From the NCBI GenBank assembly GCA_027310185.1, contig DAIDBH010000018.1:32001-96000 (forward strand): a DNA stretch of 64,000 nt, written 5' to 3'. Position 1 is the first letter of the stretch. Each line of letters opens with the position of its first letter. The position numbers were made by a program, and so were the translations under genes. The DNA comes from Thermoplasmatales archaeon (lineage in GTDB: Archaea; Thermoplasmatota; Thermoplasmata; Thermoplasmatales; Thermoplasmataceae). Below, piece after piece: positions 53,395-63,757 of the stretch. Below the pieces are notes generated by a model, which ran no database searches, had not been told where the DNA came from, and worked only from the letters and a program-made list of their open reading frames with translations.

Positions 53395-54453
53395 ATGGAG
53401 TTTGATAAATTTAAATTTATGCAATTCCCACGTGATATCTACGTGGGTCACGGCGTTTTACAGAGAATCAGCGAAGTAACTGAAAAAAATCTTAGAAATG
53501 GAAAGGTCTGTATTGTCACCGGTGAAAATACAATAAAGGTTGCAGGCAAGGAAATTTCAGATATGCTATCAGACAGTTCCATAGATAATCAGATAATCAT
53601 AGCTGGAAGCGCAGACGAAATAAATTTAACTAAGGTAACTGAACTTGCAAAGGAATATGGTGCAGGAATGATCATCGGCGTGGGAGGTGGAAGCAAGATT
53701 GATCTTGCAAAGAAAACTGCTTATTACCTGGGAGTACCTCTCATAAGTGTACCGACAACCCCAAGTCATGATGGAATAGCATCGCCAAGAGCCTCAATAA
53801 AGAGGAATGGGTGGTCTGTGTCAGAGGAAGGGGTCATGCCCGTATCAATTATAGCTGATACCGCGGTCATGATAAAGGTTCCATTCAGGTACCTTTCCGC
53901 AGGTGCAGCAGATGTAATTTCAAACGAAACAGCAATAATGGACTGGAAATTAGCGAACAGGATAAAGGGGGAAGATTACAGCAGCAGTGCAGCTGCCATA
54001 GCAGAGTACGCTGCAAGGGAGCTCATAGAGAAATCTCATTTAATAATGCCTGGCGTGGAGGAATCTGTATGGCTGGTTACCAAGCAGATCCTTGCTTCAG
54101 GTACTTCAATGGCAATAGCAGCCTCATCAAGGCCAGCCAGCGGAGGCGAGCATCTGATCGCTCACGCACTGGACATGATGGCGCCAGGAAAAGCCATACA
54201 TGGAGAACAGGTCGCTCTTGGTTCTATTATAACAATGTTTCTGCATGGAGGGGACTGGAAGGCCCTCGCCGAAATATACAGGAACATCGGTATCAAGACC
54301 AGGGCAAGTGATTACGGCATAAGTGATACCATAATGGTGCAGGCCGTAAGAACGGCTCACAGGATAAGACCTGAGAGATTTACGATCCTTGGAGACATGG
54401 ATCTGAGTTACAGCGCTGCTGAGAACGCCCTCAAAATAACCAATATAATTTAA
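53395..54453 (+). CDS. egsA: sn-glycerol-1-phosphate dehydrogenase
   Basis: GVGGG..ID.AK, SVPT.PSHDGIASP, DW.LA, SSRPASG.EH..AHALD, HGEQV. Confidence 0.96.
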   Translation: MEFDKFKFMQFPRDIYVGHGVLQRISEVTEKNLRNGKVCIVTGENTIKVAGKEISDMLSDSSIDNQIIIAGSADEINLTKVTELAKEYGAGMIIGVGGGSKIDLAKKTAYYLGVPLISVPTTPSHDGIASPRASIKRNGWSVSEEGVMPVSIIADTAVMIKVPFRYLSAGAADVISNETAIMDWKLANRIKGEDYSSSAAAIAEYAARELIEKSHLIMPGVEESVWLVTKQILASGTSMAIAASSRPASGGEHLIAHALDMMAPGKAIHGEQVALGSIITMFLHGGDWKALAEIYRNIGIKTRASDYGISDTIMVQAVRTAHRIRPERFTILGDMDLSYSAAENALKITNII

Positions 54454-54472
54454 TTATAAGGAGGGAAAATAA

Positions 54473-54925
54473 ATGGCAGCAAAGATATCCTTAATAGGAT
54501 TGGATCAGGCAGAAGTGGGTCATGTATTCAGGTTCGTGCAACCCTTACAGACCTGTTCTGAATGCAAGATAAAGAATGTATGTTTTAATCTGGAACATGG
54601 TAAAAGATACAGGATAAAGGAAGTGAGGAAACAACAGCATCCATGCATGGTCTATAACCATGACAAGGTAGCAACTGTTGAGGTTGAAGAGATGGATGAG
54701 GATCTCGTCGTTGAATACGGAAACAAGATCCAGGAAGGCTCGACACTGTCCCTGAAGAGCAGGAAATGCGATCACATAACCTGCGAGTTCATAGAAAAGT
54801 GTAACCTGACATATTATGGTGATGAGGTGAAATTCAACATCAGGAAGATAATGCATAAGGTAGACTGCCCGAAGGGTTACAATATGAAGATGATCGAGGC
54901 AAAGCTGGTTAACGGAAAGAACTAG
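54473..54925 (+). CDS. UPF0179 family protein
   Basis: I.LIG...A..G..F.F....C..CK.K.VC.NL..G..Y.I..VR...H.C; usual position after egsA. Confidence 0.88.
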   Translation: MAAKISLIGLDQAEVGHVFRFVQPLQTCSECKIKNVCFNLEHGKRYRIKEVRKQQHPCMVYNHDKVATVEVEEMDEDLVVEYGNKIQEGSTLSLKSRKCDHITCEFIEKCNLTYYGDEVKFNIRKIMHKVDCPKGYNMKMIEAKLVNGKN

Positions 54926-54932
54926 GAAAATC

Positions 54933-56090
54933 ATGTCATCAATTAAAATCGGCATAGCGGGAAAGCCAAATGCAGGTAAATCCACACTTTTTTCTGCCAT
55001 CACCGGAACAATGGTCGCCATTGGGAATTATGCATTCACAACAACCCAGCCAAACGATGGGATAGGCTTCATGGACACAGTATGCCCGCATCTCGAACTG
55101 GGTAAGCCTTGCAATCCCAGAAGGGGAAGATGTGAAAACGGTACAAGATTCATACCTGTAGAAATGGTAGACGTACCGGGGTTGATAGAGGGATCAAGCG
55201 AAGGCAAGGGCATGGGCAACATGTTCATGGATGCCCTGAGGGATACAACGGCCATAATCAATCTACTTGATCCTGTAAGCGAAGAAAAGCGGATTTTGAG
55301 TCCGGAGGAGCTGATCCATGATGCCGAATCAACCGAAAATGAAATAATAAGATGGTTCACATCAAGATTTTCAAGTGACTGGGAAAAATTCTCAAGAAAA
55401 CTATCACAGTCACACATCACACTGGAAGAAGCACTTCTTCAGAAGGCAGCATTCTTTAACCTGAAGCAGAGAGATATCAGGGAAATACTGCAGAGACATC
55501 ATTTCACAGAAGATATTACTAAATGGGGTGAAGATGAAAAAAGGGAATTTTCCTCCATAGTCATGAGTGAGATCAGGCCCATAATAAGGGTGTTGAACAA
55601 AGGAGATCTTATTGAAAACAGGAATCAATACGTGGACAGAGGATTTGTAATAATATCCTCAGATTATGAACTTTCCATTGAAAGGGCATTTAACGCAGGC
55701 CTGATAGAAGGCATAAAAGACATCCGGCCAAAGGAAAAGGCAAACCAGAAACAGAAGGAAGCAATCCAGAAGATGGATACAGATTATAAGTCAGGATCAC
55801 TATCAAGAATTTTTGATGTGTTGACAGATATAATCAGGAAGAACCTGAGAAAGATAGTTGTATATCCAGTTTATGATGAAACAAAATGGTGTGACAAGGA
55901 TGGTAACGTTCTTCCAGATGCCATAATAATGAGCCAGGGGCAGACAGCAGAGGATCTTGCATATGAGGTTCATACAGATATAGGGGAAGGATTCATAAGG
56001 GCAATCAATGGAATAACAAAGATGATCCTCGGACGGAATTATGAGTTGAAGGATTCAGATGTGATCAGGATAATTGCAAGGACAAAGTGA
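54933..56090 (+). CDS. ychF: YchF/Obg-family NTPase (archaeal type)
   Basis: GKPNAGKST, NY.FTT..PN.G, DVPGL, G.GMGN.F, NKGD, TGS domain with VHTDIG.GF. Confidence 0.88.
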   Translation: MSSIKIGIAGKPNAGKSTLFSAITGTMVAIGNYAFTTTQPNDGIGFMDTVCPHLELGKPCNPRRGRCENGTRFIPVEMVDVPGLIEGSSEGKGMGNMFMDALRDTTAIINLLDPVSEEKRILSPEELIHDAESTENEIIRWFTSRFSSDWEKFSRKLSQSHITLEEALLQKAAFFNLKQRDIREILQRHHFTEDITKWGEDEKREFSSIVMSEIRPIIRVLNKGDLIENRNQYVDRGFVIISSDYELSIERAFNAGLIEGIKDIRPKEKANQKQKEAIQKMDTDYKSGSLSRIFDVLTDIIRKNLRKIVVYPVYDETKWCDKDGNVLPDAIIMSQGQTAEDLAYEVHTDIGEGFIRAINGITKMILGRNYELKDSDVIRIIARTK

Positions 56091-56247
56091 ATTTTCCTAT
56101 CCTATCTCTATCAATAAAACTTAATATAATATGGAATAATTTTTTTGGAGTGATATTATAAGGAAGAGAAAGTGCAGCCAGTGTGGTTCTTCAATTCCAG
56201 ATGGTTCTGATTACTGTCCTTCCTGCGGAACCATCTATGACTCTGGC

Positions 56248-57000
56248 ATGAAATATGGTAGTAAATATCATTTAAGATCAGGCAAGAAGACAGTTGATCT
56301 TGGAAATATACTGCCCGGGGAAAGAATACTTGGAGAATACTCTCCATCAAGCAAGACCTACAGAAAGGTTGCAATATCAAGAATTGTCTCAACCTTTATA
56401 TCATTTTTATCTCCTGTTCTCCTGGCATTGATTGAGTTGTTGGGTTCCGGTTCAGATCCACTTCTTAACATTGGCGAAATTCTCACAACACTCGGAATAA
56501 CCATCATCCTAGCTTCTATCATACTTGGGCTTGAACTGGCCAAGTACAGGAAAGAATTCACTGCAAGATATGTAATTACCAGTACAAGGGTTGTAAAAAT
56601 TATAAAAAACCGGATAAAAATGGATCTCGCAATTGATAATATTGAGAACGCGGTGATAACATTTGGAGCAATTTTCCGTTCAAAGGATTATGCCGTGTTC
56701 TTTCCACAAAAGGGTTACATGGATCTAAAGGGGGTTAACCTCAATATTCCCATGGTAACCAGCAGGGTTGCAGAACTGGGGCATATGGAAGAAGAAAGCT
56801 ATGCTAAAGTAATAAAGAACAAGAATGGCAGCGTAACCATTGGTAATGCGAGGATCGCAAGAACTCACCTGAAGAACCTGAGGAAGATAAGAAAGGATAT
56901 GATGCATAGATCATTTCTATTTCTAACAGAGGAAATGGCAAGGGAAGCAGCAAGAACATACTGGGATTTTGTGAAGAATATTAAAGGAAGCCCCCAGTAG
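56248..57000 (+). CDS. Hypothetical 2-TM protein with PH-like cytosolic domain
   Basis: L.PGE.I, two TMs, Y.IT..RV pattern. Confidence 0.7.
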   Translation: MKYGSKYHLRSGKKTVDLGNILPGERILGEYSPSSKTYRKVAISRIVSTFISFLSPVLLALIELLGSGSDPLLNIGEILTTLGITIILASIILGLELAKYRKEFTARYVITSTRVVKIIKNRIKMDLAIDNIENAVITFGAIFRSKDYAVFFPQKGYMDLKGVNLNIPMVTSRVAELGHMEEESYAKVIKNKNGSVTIGNARIARTHLKNLRKIRKDMMHRSFLFLTEEMAREAARTYWDFVKNIKGSPQ

Positions 57001-57017
57001 GGATTAAGTGAGTTAAA

Positions 57018-57557
57018 TCATCTGTAATTTTTGTTCATCAGTTCATAGTAAAATTCATCGACATAGCCATCTCCTGGAACGAAATGATGTTCTTTCATTG
57101 TTCCACATTTAATAAAGCCATTTTTTTCCATGACTTTCTGAGAGGCAACATTAGGTTTGTAAACGTTTGAGTAAAGCTTGCGAAGGTTCATGGTTTTGAA
57201 TGCAAATTCAACAATCAACCCCAGTGACTCAGTCATATAACCCCTTCCCCATTTTTCCTTCGATAGAAAATATCCAACATGACCATTCCTGTCTGTATCT
57301 ATGGGTCCAATACCAATTATTCCAGCTACTTCCTTTGTCTCATTCTCAATGATCGCAAAGTTTACACTCTTCTCATACACATTTGCTGAATTATCTATCC
57401 ATTCGTATTCATCAACCAGTGAATAAATTCTGGATGGCGATGACAGGAATCTGTGTACCTCGGGATCATTGATTATCCTGTAAAGTGTGGGGGCATCCTC
57501 ACGAACAAGTACTGCCAGAGAGACATGCTCCCCCCTGCAGATGACTACTCTTTCCAT
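57018..57557 (-). CDS. GNAT acetyltransferase (RimJ/RimL-type)
   Basis: VGYFL....WGRGYMTE, N.AS.KV.EKNGF..CG. Confidence 0.9.
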   Translation of the reverse strand: MERVVICRGEHVSLAVLVREDAPTLYRIINDPEVHRFLSSPSRIYSLVDEYEWIDNSANVYEKSVNFAIIENETKEVAGIIGIGPIDTDRNGHVGYFLSKEKWGRGYMTESLGLIVEFAFKTMNLRKLYSNVYKPNVASQKVMEKNGFIKCGTMKEHHFVPGDGYVDEFYYELMNKNYR

Positions 57558-57660
57558 TGAACCTGTTATTCCTGCATACTAGTTAAATCATAATATTTCT
57601 TTATTTTTATAATGTGATCATCATGATCATAAAATATGGGAAGTTTATATCATATCATAA

Positions 57661-58248
57661 ATGGACTTTGTAGTTTCTCACCACCTGCTGCCATCTAATA
57701 TACTTGGGTACTCCTCGTTCACGGTAAATCTGATTCTACTGTTAATCGGGATAGGGCTGAGCTTCAGGGGGGAAAAGTCATGGAAACTCATAATGCTGGC
57801 TCTTGGAGCATATGGAGGCTTTGTAATAACTGCATATATACTGGTAAGATTCCATTTCACCGGATTACCAACCATACTCATATTTGCCATAGGGATAGTA
57901 ATAGGAGCGGTTGCTTTCAAGTTCCTGGCTGAAATTGCCATTTGTGCATCCATAGCATTCACTGTATTTATAGGGTTAAATTATGTATCTGGAGCTGGAG
58001 TCGTGATTGCAGGCATAGCAGCCCTGATCGCTTTTGTTGTGACGTATTACAGATTCGACAAGGTCGTCATTTATGTTGCTGCGTTTGCAGGGGCACTTGC
58101 AATCTGGATTGCTCTATACGGAATGGGTTTGCCAGATGTCAGTGCCCAGGTTTTTGCAGCTGCAGCAATGATAATGGGAATTGTACTGCAGAAATATGAG
58201 GCAAGCCAGGATAAAATTGATAGAAACAGGATCAGGTCAGATTACTGA
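57661..58248 (+). CDS. Membrane protein (DUF4203-like)
   Basis: About 7 short Gly/Ala-rich TM segments; F.G...K....L.G..GG. Confidence 0.7.
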   Translation: MDFVVSHHLLPSNILGYSSFTVNLILLLIGIGLSFRGEKSWKLIMLALGAYGGFVITAYILVRFHFTGLPTILIFAIGIVIGAVAFKFLAEIAICASIAFTVFIGLNYVSGAGVVIAGIAALIAFVVTYYRFDKVVIYVAAFAGALAIWIALYGMGLPDVSAQVFAAAAMIMGIVLQKYEASQDKIDRNRIRSDY

Positions 58249-59956
58249 CGAAGCTGTCCAGGCGATCAATAAATTTCTGGGCATCTTCAACACATCCATA
58301 ATCTGCATACCTGAATATGGGTGCATTGGGATCATTGTTAACTGCCAGAATATTTTTGGCGTATCTCAATCCAACAATGTGATAATCCATTCCTGCCACA
58401 CCCAGAGCAATATAAAGATCAGGCGCTATGGATAATCCGGTAAGACCGATCTGCTGCTGCCTTGGCATCATTCTCATATCAACCACCGGTCTTGTTCCGC
58501 CAACTGCAATTCCAAGCTTTTCTCCAAGATCAACAACATGATCTATGGCTTGTTTTCCTTTCACTCCCCTTCCAATGCCAATAACAATGTTTGAAGATTG
58601 CAGTGGAATATATTTCGATTCAATTATCCTGTTATCAATTATGCTGTATCTTCCAGAGTTTTTTAAATCTATTTCCTGAACGGATATTTTCTGGTCTGTC
58701 ACTTTTTCAATGAATATCCCCGGTCTTACGGTTGCAATTTCCGGTTTTGTTTTAGATGTTATCCTTGCTACAATACCTCCACCAAAGGCTGGCTTGTACT
58801 GAATAAGGTTTCCACCCTCAATCTTTAGGTCAACGCAATCTGCGGTCAATCCAAGGGATAGTTCCGCAGATATCATACCAGCTACATCCTTTCCCAGGGA
58901 GTTGGAAGGGATAATCACAAAATTCGGTCTTTCTTTCTCTATGTAACTTGTCAGGAAAGTGGAAATTGAGTAAATATCCTCAGAGTTGAAGTGGATGTAT
59001 TTGCTGGCGGTCATTCCACTGAGCAATCCAGGATCAACATTTCCTATCATAACAGGTTCTGCACTGATCTGGAAAGAAAGATCATTGAGTTTTGTTGCAA
59101 TCTGCATTGCAGAGTCCCTGTCTTCCAGTGCAACTCCAAGTATCCTGCCACCTGAAAAATCCTTATTTAGAGACGTTTCTTGAGGCTTCTTTTTGCTACC
59201 GCCTTCCTTAAGTTTTGTAGATATAAACTCAAACACTTCATCCATGGAGATCATTTTCACGGTTCTTTCATTGTGTAGTGCCTCAGTTCCTGAAACAACT
59301 GTAAGGGAAGCTTCATTGCCATTGATATCCAGCTTCATGCTCTCGGAGTTCACAATCTGGACCCTGTCTTTCATTGAAGGAGTACCATCTGGAACCTTCC
59401 TGGCCCTGTTAATTTTCTCGCTAACGGAGATAAGAAGAGGGAGAGAAGTGGTGATCACTCTTGTTCCCTTCTCATAGTCCTGTTCCACTTTAACATCTTT
59501 CCCGTTTTCCATTATATCAAGCTTGCTCACGCCTGATACAAAATTCATTCCTGCCATGTATGAGGTCTGTGGTGGTACCTGACTCGTCTCTCCATCAAGG
59601 GAATACCTGCCAGCAAGTACAAGATCTGGAGACTTCATCTTTATGAAATGAGAGAGAATTCTCGATGTTGCCCATGTGTCAGCCCCTCCAAATTTCCTGT
59701 CTGTTATGAGGAAAGCTTCGTCAGCTCCCATCTGCAGGCATTCATCCAGTATATCCACTGCCTGCGGCGGTCCCATGGAGGCAACCATAACCTTTGCACC
59801 ATTCTTTTCCTTTATCCTTATGGCCTCCTCAACCGCTCTTCTGTCAAAGGAATTGATGTTAAGAGGTACGCCTTCTCTAACGATCCGTCCTGTTTCAGGA
59901 TTGAAAGTTATCTTGCTTACATCAGGTACCTGTTTTGCAAGAACAAGAATGTTCAT
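58232..59956 (-). CDS. Electron transfer flavoprotein, fused beta-alpha
   Basis: Beta: KQVPD, N.FD..AVEEA, SMGP, GADT.AT, DGET.QV. Alpha: GLTADC, PAFGG, TVRPG, GRG, QIG.TG...P.LY.A.G..G. Confidence 0.93.
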   Translation of the reverse strand: MNILVLAKQVPDVSKITFNPETGRIVREGVPLNINSFDRRAVEEAIRIKEKNGAKVMVASMGPPQAVDILDECLQMGADEAFLITDRKFGGADTWATSRILSHFIKMKSPDLVLAGRYSLDGETSQVPPQTSYMAGMNFVSGVSKLDIMENGKDVKVEQDYEKGTRVITTSLPLLISVSEKINRARKVPDGTPSMKDRVQIVNSESMKLDINGNEASLTVVSGTEALHNERTVKMISMDEVFEFISTKLKEGGSKKKPQETSLNKDFSGGRILGVALEDRDSAMQIATKLNDLSFQISAEPVMIGNVDPGLLSGMTASKYIHFNSEDIYSISTFLTSYIEKERPNFVIIPSNSLGKDVAGMISAELSLGLTADCVDLKIEGGNLIQYKPAFGGGIVARITSKTKPEIATVRPGIFIEKVTDQKISVQEIDLKNSGRYSIIDNRIIESKYIPLQSSNIVIGIGRGVKGKQAIDHVVDLGEKLGIAVGGTRPVVDMRMMPRQQQIGLTGLSIAPDLYIALGVAGMDYHIVGLRYAKNILAVNNDPNAPIFRYADYGCVEDAQKFIDRLDSFVSNLT

Positions 59957-60273
59957 TGCAGCTCTACCATTATATCTCCATTCTCTACTTTCGTTTTATA
60001 AGACTTAAGAGGAGAGATGCTCCCTGAACCCTCAGGTGGGCTTATAACCTCCCCATTTTTAGGGTTGAACGTTGCAAAATGGTTTGGGCAGATGAGTTCA
60101 TGATTATCCATGAAGCCCTCTGAAAGGTCATATTCCTCATGTGTACAGAGATATGAAGTTGCATAATAGTTTCCCCCATCCTTTATTACAAGAACCTCTA
60201 TACCGTCGACTTTTACCTTTGCCAGATCGCCATCCTTCATATTTCCGTCTTTAGCAACTTTATACCATGTCAT
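59953..60273 (-). CDS. Rieske-type [2Fe-2S] ferredoxin
   Basis: CTH...CPNH.A.F; ATGA overlap with the ETF gene. Confidence 0.92.
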   Translation of the reverse strand: MTWYKVAKDGNMKDGDLAKVKVDGIEVLVIKDGGNYYATSYLCTHEEYDLSEGFMDNHELICPNHFATFNPKNGEVISPPEGSGSISPLKSYKTKVENGDIMVELQ

Positions 60274-60364
60274 GGGGTTCCATTAATTTAAACTATAAAT
60301 TTCTATTGTGTTTTAAGTCCTGAAGTTCCATTCAATCGTTTTATTACATCAATAAATCTCGCTG

Positions 60365-60436
60365 GATGAGTCAGATTTCCATCTGTTTGTCATGGGATGA
60401 TCTGGCAGTCAGGTGCAATCCGGCTTGATCATTTCA
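60365..60436 (-). ncRNA. Possible box C/D sRNA
   Basis: AUGAUCA (C-like), 13 nt, CUGA (D'), 15 nt, AUGACAA (C'-like), 12 nt, CUGA (D); GC-richer than its intergenic flanks. Confidence 0.35.
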
Positions 60437-60499
60437 TTAGCCATATTATAACCTTGAAATTTAAATCAGAATTAAAATAGTCAATCAAAATCCACAATT

Positions 60500-61384
60500 A
60501 TGTTTGAAAGGATGAGAGCTGGATGGAGGCTTGCAAAAAGTGTGAGAAAGTCTGTATCGAGTCATAAAGGACTCATCTCTTATCCTATTCTTGCTGGAAT
60601 CGTGGCCCTTATCATCTTTATGGCCACGTTTATCTCACTCTTCATAACAATCCCATTAAATTTATCTGGAAATAACAATATATTTCTTATTTACCTTGCT
60701 GGATTCATACTGGTATATATCCTGATAGGCTTCTTCTCAACAGTTATTCTGCTTTCAATGCTCACTGCCTACAGATCTGTCCTAAGTGGCGAGAACATGG
60801 GATTCAGGAGATCACTTGGAATTGGATTCACATACAGGAAACAGGCCTTTGAGTGGGCTGTATTCTATTCAATCCTGGTGATGATACTGAGGATGATCGA
60901 ATCCAGGTTCCGCGGTGTAGGCCGGATTATAATTGGGGCTGTGGGCTCATTCATGATCTCTGTTGCGATTTTCTTTGCCGTGCCTGCAATTCTTGATTAC
61001 AAATGTGGTCCGATCAGGGCGGTAGAGCACAGTGTTGATACCATACGAAGGAATTTTGGGCAGACTTTTGGAGGAATAGCATACATAGATCTTTATACAC
61101 TGGCAATAGTTCTCCTGGGGTTTATCATCCTTATGGCAGGCCTGCTCATAGGCATCGCAACATTGACTGCAGTGGGCTTGGCAGCTATGCTGATCCTCGG
61201 GCTGATCATCATGGCAATTGGGGCAATACTCAATTTCATGTATTCAAACGTTTTCAAGCTTGTCCTGTTTGACTATGCCAACGGAAGGGGTTTACCACCA
61301 GGATTTAACGAATCAGACATAAAGATAGCAACAAGGCAGAGAAGCTCAAGATTTGGAGGATTCACGGGGAACAGCAATCTTTAA
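60500..61384 (+). CDS. Membrane protein (DUF6159-like)
   Basis: MF.R...GW.L, FF.VP......GP..A...S...I...FG. Confidence 0.75.
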   Translation: MFERMRAGWRLAKSVRKSVSSHKGLISYPILAGIVALIIFMATFISLFITIPLNLSGNNNIFLIYLAGFILVYILIGFFSTVILLSMLTAYRSVLSGENMGFRRSLGIGFTYRKQAFEWAVFYSILVMILRMIESRFRGVGRIIIGAVGSFMISVAIFFAVPAILDYKCGPIRAVEHSVDTIRRNFGQTFGGIAYIDLYTLAIVLLGFIILMAGLLIGIATLTAVGLAAMLILGLIIMAIGAILNFMYSNVFKLVLFDYANGRGLPPGFNESDIKIATRQRSSRFGGFTGNSNL

Positions 61385-61438
61385 AAATAACTGCACAAGT
61401 TATGAAAATGATTAATAAAGATAATAAAATATTGACCT

Positions 61439-62074
61439 GTGAGTGTATCAGCAAGGGGAAAACCATCAAGGGTAAGGGTCCTTGAAACAGTAAAGAAGCT
61501 GGATTCTCCAACACTTTCACAACTCAGTAACGAAATGAAGATGTCGAAGACCGCCATTCTGAAGCAGGTCAATCTGCTGGAAAGAGATGGAGTAATTTCA
61601 AGAACTTATGTTCAGACAGGAAAAGGAAGACCTGTCTGCAAGGTCAACGTAACAAATAACGCATATGAACAGCTCCAGGACATGTACAGAAGCATTGCAG
61701 AAGATGCCCTATCCTACGTGGAGAAAAAGTTTGGCTGCAGCATGATAAAAGAGATAATGGCCCTGAGAAACGAGAAGCTAATTGAAGAATACAGAATGGA
61801 ACTGATGGACAGGGACTGGGAATCAATGCTGGCAAAGTTCGAGGAAATGAGGAACAGGGAGGGATATCTAGCTGAAGTTACGGAAAGGCAGGATGGCTCA
61901 ATAGAAATATCAGAATTCAACTGTCCACTCATTAAAATAGCTGAGAAGTACAGGGAAGCCTGTTCATTTGAGAGGGATTTCCTGAGCTATATATTCGGAA
62001 TGGATATAATCCAGATGAGCACTGTCCTTGAAAACTCAAGGTCCTGTAAATTTATATTAAGGGAAAAGTCGTAG
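61439..62074 (+). CDS. SufR-like HTH regulator with Cys-containing C-terminal domain
   Basis: wHTH with G.GRP wing; GY.AE, NCP...A.....AC..E..F.....G, SC.F. Confidence 0.8.
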   Translation: MSVSARGKPSRVRVLETVKKLDSPTLSQLSNEMKMSKTAILKQVNLLERDGVISRTYVQTGKGRPVCKVNVTNNAYEQLQDMYRSIAEDALSYVEKKFGCSMIKEIMALRNEKLIEEYRMELMDRDWESMLAKFEEMRNREGYLAEVTERQDGSIEISEFNCPLIKIAEKYREACSFERDFLSYIFGMDIIQMSTVLENSRSCKFILREKS

Positions 62075-62109
62075 GCAATCCTATAAATTCTTTGATAAAA
62101 TACCAATCC

Positions 62110-62982
62110 ATGGATGCAGAAGAAAAATTAAAGATTCTTGAGGCAGGGAAACTGGGTAAGAAGGCCCTTGAAGTTGCCTCATCATTAATAGAACCAGGCG
62201 TATTATTCCTTGATGTGGCTGAAAAGACTGAGAATTTTATACGGGAAAACGGTGGCAAGCCCTCCTTTCCACTTAACTTATCCATAAATAACGAGGCAGC
62301 CCACTATACACCAGCTCCCAATGATAAGAAGACATTCAAGACGGGTGATCTGGTGAAGGTGGATATTGGAGCACAGATAGATGGTTACATATCAGATAAT
62401 GCAACAACAGTTGAAGTGGGTGGCAAAGGGGAGTACAGCAACCTCATAGACAGCACAAGGGAAGCACTCAATGCTGCTCTGAAGGTACTGAGGCCAAACA
62501 TTGAGATCTATAAAATAGGGCAGGCCATAGGGGAAAAAATAGAATCATTCGGGTTCAAGCCTGTGAAAAATCTTGGAGGACATGGAATCAAGAGAAACGA
62601 TCTTCACTCCACAATATTCATCCCGAACTATGACGACGGTAACGGTAGAAGAATAGAGAATGGGCAGCTGATTGCCATTGAACCTTTTGCCTCCACTGGA
62701 ATTGGATTGATACACAATGGAATGGGGGGCAATATATACATATTCAGTGGAACAAAGCCTGATCCAAGGGATCCCGTTATCCAGAACTTCAGCACACTAC
62801 CCTTTGCTGAGAGGTGGCTGGCAAAGGTGAAGCCGGACTACAAGGATTACCTTAAGAAAAATCTATTCATGAAGCAGATAAGCCATTTTGCAGTGCTTAA
62901 GGAACATAAGGGAGCAATGATATCACAGGCAGAACATACAATACTCTTCGATGGGGACCAGATCATAGTGACAACCCAGTAA
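62110..62982 (+). CDS. map: Methionine aminopeptidase, type II
   Basis: FP.NLS.N.EAAHYTP, KVDIGA.IDGYI.D.A.T, NL.GH, AIEPFA, PFAERW, Q.EHT. Confidence 0.95.
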   Translation: MDAEEKLKILEAGKLGKKALEVASSLIEPGVLFLDVAEKTENFIRENGGKPSFPLNLSINNEAAHYTPAPNDKKTFKTGDLVKVDIGAQIDGYISDNATTVEVGGKGEYSNLIDSTREALNAALKVLRPNIEIYKIGQAIGEKIESFGFKPVKNLGGHGIKRNDLHSTIFIPNYDDGNGRRIENGQLIAIEPFASTGIGLIHNGMGGNIYIFSGTKPDPRDPVIQNFSTLPFAERWLAKVKPDYKDYLKKNLFMKQISHFAVLKEHKGAMISQAEHTILFDGDQIIVTTQ

Positions 62983-63019
62983 TTTCCAAATGTTCCAGTC
63001 AATCCAGAAGTGTGACTTT

Positions 63020-63643
63020 TTACTGGATATGGAAAGCCAGAAGGATTTCTTTCAGTGCCTCATTCAGCATTTCTTCCTTGCTGCCATTTCCTCCGATTAG
63101 CCTTCCAGGATTGGAGAATATACCTCTTCTTATTGCCTCAATATATATGTTGTATACATCCTTGAGGTATTCATTCTCCTCAAATATTTCCAGTTCCCTT
63201 TTCTCCCCATCTCCCTGCCTGAATGACTTCCCGTCGAAATCTATGAATATTGTAAGATCGGGGTCAATGTGACTAATGGATAGAACATTCTCAATCCATC
63301 TGAAAAACTGGTCCTGGTCCCTGAAATGTTCTTTAAGGAAAACGCCCTGGTATGCAAGGGAAGAAAGGGAATATCTGTCACATATCACAAAGTCATTTTC
63401 ATTCATACTTTTCAGAATCAACCTGTTATGTTCAATCCTATCTCTTATGAACATAGCAAGGAGAATCAGGTAATCCTCTCTTTTTAGTTTTGAGAGAATG
63501 TCGAGACCAGAATCAAAGTAGGATGTTGGTTCATGTGTTAGAAGCACACTTTTACCCCTGTTCTTGAGATCTATGGCAATGTTCTTTGCAAGTGTACTCT
63601 TACCTGATCTGTCTATACCCTCAATCACAATAAACTTTCCCAT
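63020..63643 (-). CDS. tmk: Thymidylate kinase
   Basis: FIVIEGIDRSGKST, T.EP, DR.EH, VICDRY..SSLAYQ, PDL.IF.D. Confidence 0.92.
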   Translation of the reverse strand: MGKFIVIEGIDRSGKSTLAKNIAIDLKNRGKSVLLTHEPTSYFDSGLDILSKLKREDYLILLAMFIRDRIEHNRLILKSMNENDFVICDRYSLSSLAYQGVFLKEHFRDQDQFFRWIENVLSISHIDPDLTIFIDFDGKSFRQGDGEKRELEIFEENEYLKDVYNIYIEAIRRGIFSNPGRLIGGNGSKEEMLNEALKEILLAFHIQ

Positions 63644-63757
63644 GAATCTATCTTCTCCATTAGGATTTGTTCATACTTATTTGTTCCTATGTGAAATATT
63701 TCTGTATGCTTATTAAGCTCAGGAAAGGTTATCTAGATTTCTTTCCATGCGAGGATC

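Noticed and set aside
61439-62074. A suf Fe-S assembly operon
   Set aside because: The regulator is SufR-like, but its neighbours are DUF6159 and map. There is no sufBCD in the window.
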